DNA of 64,000 nt from Amoebidium appalachense. Its lineage: Eukaryota; Protista; Ichthyosporea. The notes under the pieces are model-generated. The model was not told the origin of the DNA and ran no database searches. It saw nothing but the letters and a program-made list of their open reading frames with translations. Shown one piece after another: positions 1 to 25,006 of this stretch. The stretch is from positions 2,532,342 through 2,596,341 of the forward strand of contig CAVNZM010000005.1 of the NCBI GenBank assembly GCA_963693365.1. The letters run 5' to 3'. The first letter of the stretch is position 1. Each line of letters begins with the position of its first letter. Position numbers and translations under genes: made by a program.

Positions 1-34
1 GCCCTATGTTTATTGACGCATGTACTGTGTGCAG

Positions 35-1822
35 GCATTTTGGAGCAGTAGCACCAGCCGCCTTTGTAGGCTACATGCTGCTGAGTGACATTCTTCGCAT
101 TCTCCTTCGCTCCCTGTGGGCACCCATCCCTGCCTACATCCCTCTGATTGCTCAGCCTCTCGGTGCCCTACTCGCCATGGGTAAAACCTCTCATCCCCCC
201 CCCCCCCCCCCCCCCCCCCCCCCTACCCACCCACCCACCCAAAGCAATGGGTGATACCATATTTCCGGCTGACATCCGGGGGCATAGCTTTCCGTTCGAA
301 GACGATAAAGTTCCGCCCTAGTAAGTGTGTTACTACCCTGCGGCGTGGGTCAAATCTCATATTTTCCCCTCTGATTGCAAATTCTGCGGCCTTCGGGACT
401 TAATTCTTTTCAGCTGGTGTAGTATGTTAGCCAGGGAAGTATCGACTTAGGTAGCGACGGGGGAGCTTCCTAGAAGCCCCGTCTCCTGAGTTCCTATCTA
501 TATTTTTCTTGCTTCTGCTTACTGCTGCAACTTTAACCCCCGGCCTTTCCCACTGCCCTTGCCTGCATAAGCAACCCTGCTCGTCTCTGATCAAGACGGG
601 TGACCTACCCATGTTCAAGTGAAACAGTATCTGAGTTGGGTTTCGTTAACGAGGTGAATAGGTCGAAACTCGGGTACTGTGGATGACGTGGGGCCCCCCT
701 GAGGATGGGCTCTGCTTATTATGCATACTCTTTATGTATGGCTTGCATTCTGCATCGTGTTATCCGTTTGTTCTTGTGTACTTCGTACTTTATGACGCAT
801 TCAACCCCCCCCCCCCCCCCCCCCCCCCCACCCTTTCTCCAAAAAAGAAAAAAAAACACCACCACCACCGTCACCACCACCACCACCAACCCAACATCCC
901 CCCCTCCCACCCTCGTTTATGCTGCGCCAGCAACAACCACCCCCCTCCCCCCTCCCATTCTGCACCAGCCTTTCATTCCCGCCCTTCTTCCTGCCGAGCC
1001 CTGCACGTCTCCATCCAGTTTGCCGATACTTGACCATTGATGTAGTTCCTGCTGTGTGAACATGTTCCCAGCAGGGTAGGCGGCCACACTGCCCTAGTGT
1101 TGCCGGTGGCATGTGCATATTTGTATGCAATCAAGTGCTCTTCTTAGCCCACTCTGTACTGTGCATGTCATCTATGAGCCACAAACCCATGCTCACTGAT
1201 AATTCCACGCAGCTGCCCTTGCACAGTTTGATACCGGGGCCGGGTCTGCGCCTGCGCTGTATCTGATTGGCTACACACTGGTCATGGGCCCCATACGGCA
1301 GGAGTACGTTATGCCAAGGCAAGTAGCCCCCCCACCACTAATTGCACTTCCATTTGTTTTGAGGTGTGCATAGAGCATTTGCACACATTTGCTCCACCCC
1401 ACCCTGTTCCTTATGCATTCATTTCGGAACGTAGGCAGGCACAACAGCTCATAGGTCACCCAAATTAGGCACAACAGCTGTGTAGGTCACCTAAACTAGG
1501 CACAAGGCCTGTTTAGATACCATAATTAGGCACGATTATTTAAATCTCCCAAAGTAGGTACACACAAGAGCCATTTAAGTCACCTAAAAAAGGCGCAACA
1601 GTTGTTAAGGTCGCCCAAAATGGACCCCATAGTCATGCAATGAATGATGGGAGCATAGTTGCACTAACCATGCAACCCGCAGGTCAGGCCTCATGATGTT
1701 CCTAGCCAGTCTTGTGTATTTCTGTGCCCATCTGCTGCAGGTGGTCTACACGAACAACCATCCCCACTGGCTCATGAGTCTGCTGAGCGCCTACGACATT
1801 GTCGTTCTCACTAGTATGCCCC

Positions 1823-1860
<38 letters not shown>

Positions 1861-2489
1861 ACCACCTACCACCACCCACCCACCCACCCCTAATCCATTT
1901 CCTCCTGGAGGTCCCCCCCTCCCTCCCCCTTCCCCCCTCTCCCCTCCCACCACCACCACCACCACCACCACAACCAGGAGCACATGATTATCCTAAACTG
2001 GGTTCATGAGGCAGATATGCCGTATGTGTATGTTTTCCTGGAATAGCTCGTACATATCATGTGACAGCAATGAGGGATGTGTGGTTTTCCTAGGATAGCT
2101 CGTACATATCATGTGACAGCAATGAGGGATGCGTGGTTTTCCTAGGATAGCTCGTACATATCATGTGACAGCAATGAGGGATGTGTGGTTTTCCTAGGAT
2201 AGCTCGTACATATCATGTGACAGCAATGAGGGATGTGTGGTTTTCCTAGGATAGCTCGTACATATCATGTGACAGCAATGAGGGATGCATGGTTTTCCCA
2301 GAATAGCTCGTACATTTCATGTGACAGGAATGAGGAATCCATGGTCTTCCTAGACTAGCACGCACATATCATGTGACATGACTGAGGGTGCCTGTAAACC
2401 CCTGTTCCATGCAGTTGTCAGTCTAAGCAACCACAAGGCTGACCGTTGGGGTCTGCTATTCCTGATGCCACTCAATGGCAAGTCTTGCA

Positions 2490-2523
<34 letters not shown>

Positions 2524-2869
2524 CGGATCCTCTCCCCCAGCTCAATCAGATCATCCCCCCCCCCCCCCCCCCCTCCCACTCCCCCACCTCAACCAGATCC
2601 CTCCCCCCCCCCCCCCCCCCCCAAAAAAAAAAAACAAAAAAAAACAAAAACACCGGACACCTTCACATATAACAATGCACAGGCCACACCCATCCACACA
2701 TGCACACATGCGTGTACATGCACACAGACACAAACAGCCGATACGCACTCGTGCACGTCCCCATACAAGCGATACTCATCATAATTTGATCACTGCATTC
2801 TGCGTTCTCCCATTATCACCCAACCCTGTCTTGTTTGCATTCGGAACACTCGAACATGCATAACCCCAG

Positions 2870-2909
<40 letters not shown>

Positions 2910-4098
2910 CCCCCCCCTCCGTCCCTCCCTCTCTCCCCATCATCACCACCACCACCACCATCACACACACACACACACCACACACAGGCAAACACACATC
3001 TGACATTTTTTCCCTGCAGTTTTAAGCTTTGGGGTGCTGGGGATGTCACTCAACCAGCCGGGCTACAGCGTGCAGTTCTATGGGGCGCTGCTCTCCGTCA
3101 ACCTCTACATGTTCAAGTACCTGAGTGGCACCGAGAGGTGTGTGTGTGTGTTTGTGGTGATGGTGGTGGTGGTTGGGGTAGGGGAGGGTGACGGCGGGGG
3201 GAAGGGGGGAGGGGGGATATCTGATATGCCCCTTCCACGAGCAGAGAATCTAGCACAAAAGATGTTAAATGCCATTTATCCGATATGTATTTAGTTATTT
3301 TTAGGCGGAAAAAATCATAGAGGCAGAAAGAAACTTGGGCATATAAACACATCTCTTCTGTGCCACACTCATAACACCGCCAACACAGCCTACTCGTCAG
3401 GATTTGGGTTGGAATTCTGCTGGTGGGCTTGGCCGTGGCTGCAACTCATGCTGGGAGGTATCGTACCCCCCCCCCCCCCCCCCCTTCCCCTCCCTCCGCT
3501 TCTTCTCTCCCTCCCCCCCCCCCCCCCCCTCCCCCACCCCACCCCTTCCCCCCTCCTTTCACCAAGACCTGCACCCTACACCCTGTACGGGCTTTTATTA
3601 TTGAACCCCCATTGCGGATGGGATCTCGACAGTTGGTGATAGTTGAAACTGAAGTTTTTTTTTTTGTGTGTGATATACTTCTTTTTCTTATCGAAGGTGG
3701 TAGGTTATGAATGGAAGTGTGCACATGTTGTTCATAGTTTTCTTTAGAAAAGCCTATGTAGATATCAGGATTGATTTGGCCACAAACCAGCCCCAAAACT
3801 CCACCTTAACCTAGGGTCAGAATAGTTCTTTACCTTCACATACCTCCGCTAATGAACCGGTCCTAGCCAAACCTACCCAGTTTTAGCATCCAATAGAATA
3901 CACCCAATCACGCTGACCCATTCATAGCCTGCAATGATTGGCTAACGTGTCGACCCATACCCAATGCAGCCGGCCAGCCCTCCCTGTGATTGGTGGATGG
4001 GTCACCCTGCAAATGGTGCTGTGTGCCTGCGGTGCATTCCAGTTTTTTATCGGAAAAATGTTCACCAACGAATTCAGGTTGCAAACCTCCCCCTCTCT

Positions 4099-4129
<31 letters not shown>

Positions 4130-4776
4130 TTTCCTCCTCCTCTCCCCCTACCCCTCTTACCCCTGTGTGTTATTCTTAGCCTGAAGGGAAGCCAACCTAA
4201 CAGATTGCTGATGCAGAACTATCTAATCCGATCGAGTACAATCGGATTCCATAATTTACTTCACCGATTAGACCTTTTAGCTGGAGTCACTCTAACCGAA
4301 GATTCGTTTCTAGAGTTGTCTACATAATATGCCAACACTATGCCCCCAAATCATGCTATTTCCCTGTTGGTGAGTGCATTGCTATGCCAGACCAACCTAA
4401 ATTTGGTTATCACTGAAGAGGGGCTCAGTTCTTTGAGGACAAGTATACCCCCATGTATGTGTGTTAGTTAGTGGTTCCCATATATTGCATGCTTTCTATT
4501 TACTTGGCGCCTACACCTGCTGTTAGGTATTTCAATAGGACTTCAGTAAATAACTGTCACATGAATTAGGTAGTTTATATCATTGCAAGCATAATTCCGG
4601 CTAGCACCCTGCCTATGTGTCCCTGCTGACCGTGCATGGCCGGATATTGCAGGCTGCTGGAGACCATACGTGTGCTGGTGGTGGTGGTGCTGGTGGATGC
4701 TGTGGGCCAATACTGGCTGGCTTACTGCGCGTATGTACCTCCAATGCAACCCCCCCCCCCCTCCCCCCCCCCCCCC

Positions 4777-4818
<42 letters not shown>

Positions 4819-4869
4819 TTTTAGAAACTCGCTTTCATTTCTTGGCTCGTTCTTTTTTTTTTTTTTTTT

Positions 4870-4905
<36 letters not shown>

Positions 4906-7021
4906 TCGGGTCGTGACGGCGTTTAGATGGAAGCTGGATGGAGGAACGAGCGTGACAAGAGTTAAGGGAATTGGTCTGTGTGATTCTGTTTGTGTGTGCA
5001 TGTGAGTGTGACCGTGCATGACCATTCCTGCATATTGGTTTATCTATTATAAATCTATTTTGAATGTGCTGGGGAAGGAGGAGGACGTGAAGGGGATGAA
5101 GAGTGAGATTGTTTGCGTGTACACGTAATAATATCGTGGTTTATGAAGGGAGGAGGATGGGAAGGGGGAGAAAGATTAAGACAGTGTGTGTGTATGTTGT
5201 GATGACATTTGTTAGCCCGTGCAACACCACAAGTATACTGAAAAGTCATTAAGTGTATTCTTACCTTGGGGTGATGGGTGAGGGCAGGGTGCTTGGAATC
5301 ACCGTGTGGCAGTGTCTTATTGGTGTGGCTCTGGTGGTGGATGAAAAGGAACTGCCTGAAACCACAAGTGTGCCCGTCATCTCCGCAACAGGTGTGCACA
5401 TACGGCACCATGCACGTGCACGCATGGTTTCTATGGGGTGGCAAGGAGGTAAATAGTCGAGATCGAAACTGACTAATAGCAGCTCGCTAAAACTAAGGCA
5501 TCTGCCGGGCTTCGGCCACCTGCCTAAACGACCCACCTTGGTAAGTGATAGTGTAAAGCGATAAATAAGATGGAAAAATAAATAGAAATCACACAGAATA
5601 AGAAAAATAAAAAACTGTAAAAACTTTCATTACATATACGCATAAAATTCTACGACAAAATGCTCTTTTTAGCTAGCGACGGTAGCGACCCGGCCTCAAC
5701 AATCGTGATGTCCTGGATCATGTCCATTATCGTCGAGATATTTTGATTGGTTCACATCCTTTCAATTGCCTACACTTTCTGCCAATCGGATAGCTCGAAA
5801 CACAAGGCAAGATTTTGATCGAGACTATTCAATTCCTTGCTACCCCATAGATAAATCTTAACCCGCATTCGTGCATGCAGCTTACCAAACCACCACTGGC
5901 CAACAAAGAAAAAAGTACAAGGGGCAAAAAAGAAAAGCAAAAGAAAAGAAAAGAAAAGAACAAGAAAGAAAGAAAGAAAAAGGAAGATAGGGAGGAAGGG
6001 GGGGGGGGGGGGGAGGGGGGGAGGTTAAGAGCACAACCATTAAAATTTAGAGTAGGAAGAAAGAATCATCACAGACTAACCACACCACACCCGCAGGATT
6101 GTCTCTACTCTGGCTAGGCCTATACTTGGACTCTATCATTCTCTGCCTGGCTGCCGGTGTAGCCGTGGTACTAGTTTCCGTGTCCATGCTAACGCCCTAT
6201 GTGGCATATTGCACACCAAGATACCTGCCCGGCCTGCAGTGTGCCGTATTATTGTGGATGTCCCTGGCCTACAAGTCTTTGGGCCTTTTGGTGGTGGCTG
6301 GTATACACACGGCAGTGGCCATGTGGCCTTATGCAAAGAGTGAGTGGTGGTTTTGTGCATGGGATTGAAGCACTGCAACACATGATGATCACAGGTGTGC
6401 ATGCATAAACACAGGATATGCACATGCATGCATGCACACACGCAGGTTACGCACATGCATGCATGCAACACGCAGGATATTTACATTCATGAATGCATAC
6501 ACATAGGCAAACGGTGATACAGGAATGCATACGGGTGTGTGTGTGCTCGAAAATTCCACCTGTATGGCTAAGCAAAGACACACAAGGCGTGTATGAGCAC
6601 ACACACACACCCGCACGCAACCGCACACACACACATGGCCGCGCGCGCACCTGCGCACACCCACCCACCCACCCACACACACACACACAATCTGTATGGC
6701 CAACAGACACACACACGTTGTAATCTCTGGTTCTCTAGACGATAAGCCTTGCTTCTGGGATCGGGTAGAACGCAAGAGATGACGATTGAGAATTATGGTG
6801 GTTGGAAGGAGTTTTGAGTAAATAGACTGTCTGGCAAGACACACACCAGCAGCGAGGGACGTAGCGTGAAAATGACACGGAAAGTTTTGGGTAGGAAAGG
6901 TTTGCTGGGAGTGTCACATGATTGCAAAACTCACACCTACATGCAACAGGGCACCTAGGCGATCTGCTAGGATTGTTGGTAACTGCTGTAGGCCTGGTGC
7001 TGTCGATTGCAATGGTGAGAT

Positions 7022-7052
<31 letters not shown>

Positions 7053-7070
7053 ACGGGGCCAAAAAAAAAG

Positions 7071-7134
<64 letters not shown>

Positions 7135-8237
7135 TCCATCATCATCCTCACGAACACTGCCACCACCCAGCCCACCCATTCGACCAGCTAGCCAAACAAT
7201 AAGCACAAGAACTTGGGCATCCTTAGGCTGCTATTCCTTTCCTCGTTGTATTGTAGATGCTATCCCTCACTTACTTCAGGGTGTCAGTGTACTCGATTCG
7301 TTTGCTCACTCGTTCTGGTTATTGTTGCTGGCACACTGGCAGTGGTTGTTACAAGGCAACACATTAGAAGGCCTCTGTAGGGATTGGGCGGATGCTGTGA
7401 TGAAAAAATGCCGGGAAAGTGGAGCAGCGAGTGAATTAAAACCGTGTGCGGTTCGTACTTGCCTGCCTGCCTGCATGCATGCATTGCATGCATGCAGGCA
7501 TGTGCATGTGTGTGTGCTTTCATACAGTATGTGTGTGTTTTGCATGCGTGTGTGTGAGTTCTTGTTCCATATGCCATGTTTTTTCCATCTTTTTTTTAAG
7601 TTGTGTTGTTGCAGGTGTACGATGCACAGAACAAGCTTGCCATTATGGTGTGCCCCACTAGGGCCCTAGTCTGCACCACAGCCACAAAGTATGCCTGGGG
7701 CCATGGCAGGCTGCTGGACACCCTGCGTGCTGTGGTAGGCCATAGCCCCTCATTCTTGATACATGCACACAGGCACACAGGCACATGCACGCGGCACATA
7801 CACATACACACACACACACACAACGAACACACGCATACACGGGCACACGAACACATGGACATGCACACACAAACACACACACTCACGCGTGCGCGTGCAC
7901 GCCCACATGCACATGCACACGCACACGCACACGCACATGCACACGACCTCAAACGGGGACTCGCATCATGCGCGCACACGGGTAATTGCACGCACACTTA
8001 ATGGAGATTTATGAAAAAAGAAGGGATAAGTTAGAACAATCGATTGACAAAAGAGAAAATGAGCAGCTGTGCATGGGATCACCTGCCATTGTATCACCTG
8101 AAAGGCCTGTTTTATTTTTGGACTGCACCTACGTCATCTTTGCAGCCATTTTCGTGGCAATTCTTTTTTGCTTGCTTGTGTCCGTGCACATGAGGGAGAG
8201 GGTTCTGGGAGGGGAACACTGGAAATGGATGGCTTGA
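35..8237 (+). CDS. Multi-pass membrane protein of unknown family, 5'-partial, 11 exons
   Basis: Phase-consistent GT-AG exons 35-180, 1213-1303, 1683-1813, 3020-3137, 3401-3457, 4653-4730, 5288-5391, 6097-6339, 6950-7014, 7615-7734, ~8067-8237 (TGA). They give a continuous, strongly hydrophobic frame (HFGAVAPAAFVGYMLL...IWVGILLVGLAVAA...YVIFAAIFVAILFCLLV). The last acceptor is less certain. No family recognised. Confidence 0.75.
557..829 (+). mobile_element. Dispersed non-coding repeat family A, longest copy (may extend upstream to ~254), ends GCATTCAA + poly(C)
   Basis: 613-804 is near-identical to the reverse complement of 45978-46170 and homologous to 21743-22048, 20568-20730, 21405-21580 and 63733-63840. 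Lies in an intron. Confidence 0.8.
1432..1625. repeat. Degenerate ~30-bp tandem repeat (TAGGCACAACAGCT..TAGGTCACCCAAA)
   Basis: About 6 diverging units in an intron of gene 1. Confidence 0.6.
2030..2376. repeat. 52-bp minisatellite, ~6.5 copies
   Basis: Unit TTTTCCTAGGATAGCTCGTACATATCATGTGACAGCAATGAGGGATGTGTGG starts at 2085, 2137, 2189 and 2241. Central copies are near-identical, edge copies degenerate; no spacers. Confidence 0.95.
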
Positions 8238-8296
8238 GGTGACACCTGTTTGGTCTTTTTTTTTATTATTGGTGACGCACATGCGCACGCACGCGT

Positions 8297-8341
<45 letters not shown>

Positions 8342-8933
8342 CGCGCGCGCGCGCACGCACGCCCACATTATAGTTCTTGTCACTATTGCCAATGCTAATG
8401 GTCAGAAGAGACCACAAAGGCTTGAATTAAGTTTCTTGATGCTGTCTGTTGGTGTGCTCCTTCCCCTTACATTTGCACTCATATTGCACAGCACCTGACG
8501 AACCCCAACTAACGTGCACACACAGTCCGATGCCGACTGGGGGGTTCGCGCTGTCACGTTGAATTTGCTGTTCTGGCCATGTTTTGTCATGAATGCGGCT
8601 GCTAGAGGAGCGGTAGGGTAACCCCCTATCCCCCCCCCCCCCCCCTCCCCCCTCTCCCCCCCCCCCCCCCCCACACCCGCCCCATTCACCACCACCACCA
8701 CCCCACTGCTTTCCCAACAGCACCAATACCAGCATCACCATTGCCCCTGCTGAGTGCACACACACCCGTGTGCTATCAAATAGAGAGAGGATGGGGGGGG
8801 AGGGGGGGGGGGGGGGGGGGGGGGGGAGGGGGAGTGGAGAGAGAGAGAGAGAGAGAGAGAGGATGTGTGTGTGAGGGTGTGTGTGTGTGTACGTGCTCGT
8901 GCTGCATGCATTGTAAATGTGTGCACACCCATA

Positions 8934-9272
8934 CACTGATGGGGTGGAAACGGACGTATCCGCCGGCCACAGCGCAGCATAGCAGCCGTGGCGCTGCCTG
9001 TAAGTGGCATGAATTTATATGTATGTTTGTATATTTTTATGATAATCATATTTATAATCATGTATATTTGCAATAGTATATTCATGTTTCATAACATATA
9101 TTCATAAATAATATATAATTTTCATACACTTTTACCACTTCGAAACGATTTTGGAATTTGGCGCAGTGGCTCAGATCAATCAGGCTAACCAATCAGACAG
9201 CGGGAAAGCTTGGTCCGGGGTGGCGGTGCGCATGTCGCCACCGGCGGATACGTCCGTTTCCACCCCATAGTG
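8934..9272. mobile_element. MITE with 28-bp perfect terminal inverted repeats, CACT(G)ATGGGG ends
   Basis: 8939-8966 ATGGGGTGGAAACGGACGTATCCGCCGG is the exact reverse complement of 9241-9268. AT-rich non-coding interior; no clear TSD. Confidence 0.85.
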
Positions 9273-9452
9273 TGCGAGGGTTGGAGTTGGATTTATAAGT
9301 GCTTCACAGGCATATGCTGGTGGTCAAGCTGCGTGTTCTCTCGTTTTTTTTCGCATCCCACTTGAGTGTGAATGCGTGTATGCTGCGAATGTGAACTCTT
9401 GTGGGTGAGAGCTTTGGTTTGGGGGCTTTGTGAGTGGGGGGGGTGGGAGCAA

Positions 9453-9483
<31 letters not shown>

Positions 9484-9551
9484 AAGGAAGATAGTTAACT
9501 GTGTGTGTGTGTGTCTGATCAGGGTTGTTGGGTAAGTCTATGGCCCGCCCC

Positions 9552-9605
<54 letters not shown>

Positions 9606-9942
9606 GGGGGGGGGGAGGGGGGGGGAGGGGGGGGGGAGGGGGAGATGGGGGGGATGGGGCAATTATGAGTGGGAGCTTATCTTTTGAGTGTAGCAATCAG
9701 GTTGGTTTACCTGTGCAGCATATTTTATGTGTGCTGAAAGTGATATGGTCAGTGGGGGTGTGGTATGCTGGGTAATGAAGGGGGGTGACAGTGCATGAAA
9801 CATTATCGGGAAATGGGCTCTTCGTTGTGTCTTTTATATTCACCGCATTGCCAGAGATTCAACCGTTTATGACACATACAGCTTTATCATAGAGCTTCTC
9901 TATTGTTTTCTGTTATTTTCTGACTTGTACGATTCCACACAG

Positions 9943-15807
<5,865 letters not shown>

Positions 15808-15873
15808 GGGTGTATGCAAATCAGGGATATCTCTGCTTGTCCGGTCATCCCCGAGTATGTTTTGATTTTTTTC

Positions 15874-15914
<41 letters not shown>

Positions 15915-16880
15915 GGGGGGGGGGAGGAAGCGGGGGGGAGGGGAGGGCAAGAATACCCACTGCAGGTTTATGTGATGCAAGCTTTTAGGCAGTTCTCTGA
16001 CATGGGCCCGTAGGCGCGGTACCAGAAAATAGGTCTGAATTTTTGAGTTAACATTCACCCTAGAGTGATTTATGAAAGATAGTTGATAACGTGATGCCCT
16101 ACGCCTGTGATATGCGGTTGTGATGCATATGATGAGATATTTGCAGATATGTTTATGTATATCCACAAAAATGGTGAGTTGCATGTGAACTTTCGAAGTT
16201 TGATCATATGTTACCGGTTACCTACACGTAATTTTTTGTCGAAGCTATTGTAAAATAACGTTGAATATCGCTATTTGTCGAAGTAAAATGAGGGCTGTCT
16301 GTTGACTTTCACATGAGTTTTAGCTCAGTATATGGTAAAATTCGCGTAAAAGCGCACCGCTAGATATGCTATTTCCTGGTGTGTGTTCTGGTACCTACTG
16401 AATCTCATTCAGATGAAGAGAGAATACTATTTATTATGCTGCATGAACATGAAAACTGTTCGTAGTGACTACTAGCACGAACTATAAAATCGTGAATAGT
16501 TCTGCATAGATCATGGCGTATGTGTGTGCCTCCCTCCCCTCCTCCCTCTCCTCCCCCTCTCCCCCCCCCCCCCCCCCCCCCCCCACCCATACACACACAC
16601 ACATACACTCACACACTCACACACAAACACACACACACACTCACAGTAACATACATACACAGCCACACTCACACACACACACACACCGACGAACGTACGT
16701 GCATATGCAAGCCCAACACTCACCATACCCTGCCTGTACTGCAAGACGTATGCACGATCCATAGTGATCAATAGTTGCACAAAGTTTCACGTCTTGCACG
16801 AAGAGATGGAGTCGTGATCATGAGGCTCCTGGCCCCTCCCCCCCCCCCTTCCTCCTCGCCGGGTCCCTCCGGATCCCCGC

Positions 16881-16965
<85 letters not shown>

Positions 16966-17373
16966 CCATGAAATCTCGAAAGTGTTCCCCCCTCCTTCGG
17001 CTCACAAACAGAATATTGCTAAATATGGCAATCGCGCCAAGCCTTTCCCCAAATCTGGAAGGCCAAATTTTGGCGCATCAACAGCAGTTGATGTGTTCAA
17101 AGATCTCAGTGCTTTCAGTCACGACGTTTATCTACGAATGCATCAGCAGGTTTAGTTTCAACGTGTGTTCGTACGCGTGTGACACCCGTGTGCGGTATAT
17201 GGCAACAGCATATCAGTTTAATTGCAACAACATTTCCCGACCAACTCATACCCATGTACATGCATGCATACGCATCACCCAAGGTCCATCTGTCTAATCC
17301 TAACTAGGTAAACCTCTCACTCACTTACACATTTTGCTGTTGTCGACTGCCTGGGCAACACTGTGAAGGCAGG

Positions 17374-22974
<5,601 letters not shown>

Positions 22975-23142
22975 ACTCGGCTTGGATATAATTATTAAGT
23001 ACTTTTTGCACCTTCATTCGCGGTATATGGAACTTAGTCAAGGTGATACACATTCTGGAATATCACGGTGCCTGCAAACCGAATCACGGCTTGTTGACAA
23101 ACATGCTGTAAGGTTGGGGAGGAGGTGCCTCCCGGGGGGGAA

Positions 23143-23176
<34 letters not shown>

Positions 23177-24462
23177 CATATATCATTACATGTTCTATTG
23201 CAACATTTCAGGTGTGATGTATGATTGGATGCCTTGGACTGTATATTGTACACCACACAGGCACAGATGCGAGTGGAAATTGAATGGATGGCTAATCGAC
23301 ATCTTCTGCATACATGCTTACTCTGCTCGCTAAATTATTTGGCAAGGCAGCTATAGCTAAACACGGGGGGATTTCTGTATTCTTAGGCCCTGCATGTGCA
23401 CAAGGGTAGTCCAAGGCTGTATACTGTTTTGTGTATTAGTAGTGCCATGGTTTGCGTGTATCATTGTACGTAGTGAGGTGATCCGCATGGAGATTTTTGA
23501 TAAGGATATCGAGAAAGACAAGGCATGGACGTGAATGATATACAAAATATCTTGCAAAAAGACATGATCCAAAATATTCCCCTTATGTACCTGTATATGG
23601 CCATCCACTCCTTCCCTCCATCATGAGGTGATTGCCAGACGCGAATGTCTAGGTGTGTGCACGTGTTCGAACCCAACTTTTCCCGTTAGTGTTAGTAATT
23701 GCCGGTTGGATCGATATCATGCATATGAAGGCCTTCTATGATACTACCCAGGGGACTCCTAAATATATATATATATATATATAAAAGTAGGAATATAGGA
23801 GGCCTTGCAATTGATCGATATCCCCGGCCGGATTTGTGGCCCTGCCCATGATTACCTGCAGCAGCTATTAATTATGATCCTGCCAATTCACGGACATTTT
23901 TTTTAAAAACTTATTTCAACATGCTTATACTTATTATCAGGGCCCAGCAGCCAGGCTGAGAACATGTCCATGTTGCAGCTCCCAGACTGCTCCGAGCCTA
24001 CAACATCGATCATTCCTACATGAAACGTTTGTATTACTCAGCTAAGACATGTATTCGAAGGTTAACAGTCCAAATATCAAGCTACTAATTCGGCTTTGGT
24101 TTCTACCTGAGCCGACCAAGTAAGAGACAACCAACGTTGATGGAAGCCACCCAAAACCTACTCACTGTAACAGAACTTGAAAAGTAACGAGAGAGAGGGG
24201 GGGTGTAGGGAGAAGAGTGAAGAGTGAGTGCTCATAAGAGACCATGGCTCCGTGTGTGTACCGTTAAGGCGACAGCAGAAAAAACGAAAAGGAGGAGTAA
24301 CATTAAGGGAAACAAAACATTGACATACTTCAATGTAAAGACGGCAAAAACACAGTCAAAACTAGGCTACATTACTCTAGCTCTTGCCAGATCTTGCCAA
24401 AAAAACACGCCGGCACGTCACAGTCAATCAGTACAACAGACCGCACACATGCATCTGACAGT

Positions 24463-24874
24463 TTAGTCGAGGGTTTTTTCCAACAAAATAATGTCGACAT
24501 TATCAGACATGCCCTGAAGAAGCAGTTCCCCTTGGAACGTCACAATCTTGCGCTTCTTGGCCGTCTGTTTGGCACAGGAGATTGTGTCAGTGACAAGGTG
24601 TGTATAACTGCACCGACAAAGTTTATGGGTAGATGTGTGCGCTATATGTGGTTTAGGTTGCAAAAAAAGAATAAAGAGTTAGTGTCTAAGTAGCTGTGTG
24701 GTTGGATGGGGTTTGTTGGTGACGGTGCGTAAGGGGCGGGGTGTGTGAGCTTGTGTGTGCGTGTGTTTGGGGGGGGGGGGGGAGGGGGGGGGAAGGGGGA
24801 GGAGGGGTGCGTGTGTCTGGAAGGGGGGGGGGGGGGGAATGGGATGACGGAGGGGATGCACACGTCTATCACGT

Positions 24875-24963
<89 letters not shown>

Positions 24964-24973
24964 TGTGTGTGTG

Positions 24974-25006
<33 letters not shown>

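Noticed and set aside
587-706. Hammerhead ribozyme in family A (CTGAGGA and CGAAAC present)
   Set aside because: The core segments cannot be joined by a stem II in any permutation; CTGATCA at 587 is not CUGANGA.
683-1033. Recurrent hydrophobic [24 protein letters not shown] (also 45741-46100)
   Set aside because: It recurs only because it lies in repeat family A, runs into poly(C), and is not evidently conserved in the diverged copies.
2030-2376. Regular repeat array resembling CRISPR
   Set aside because: Head-to-tail 52-bp units with no unique spacers, no cas genes, inside a eukaryotic intron.
23221-23268. SECIS-like hairpin AUGAU..UGCCU..AGGCA..AGAU downstream of the ParB-like stop
   Set aside because: Helix II is bulged, there is no apical AA motif and helix I is weak. 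Not accepted without SECISearch3 support.
23725-23810. AUGA-AGGCCUUCUAU..AUAGGAGGCCU stem as a SECIS
   Set aside because: The 3' side reads UGCA rather than NGAN and the loop is ~50 nt with (TA)n; more likely an inverted-repeat relic.
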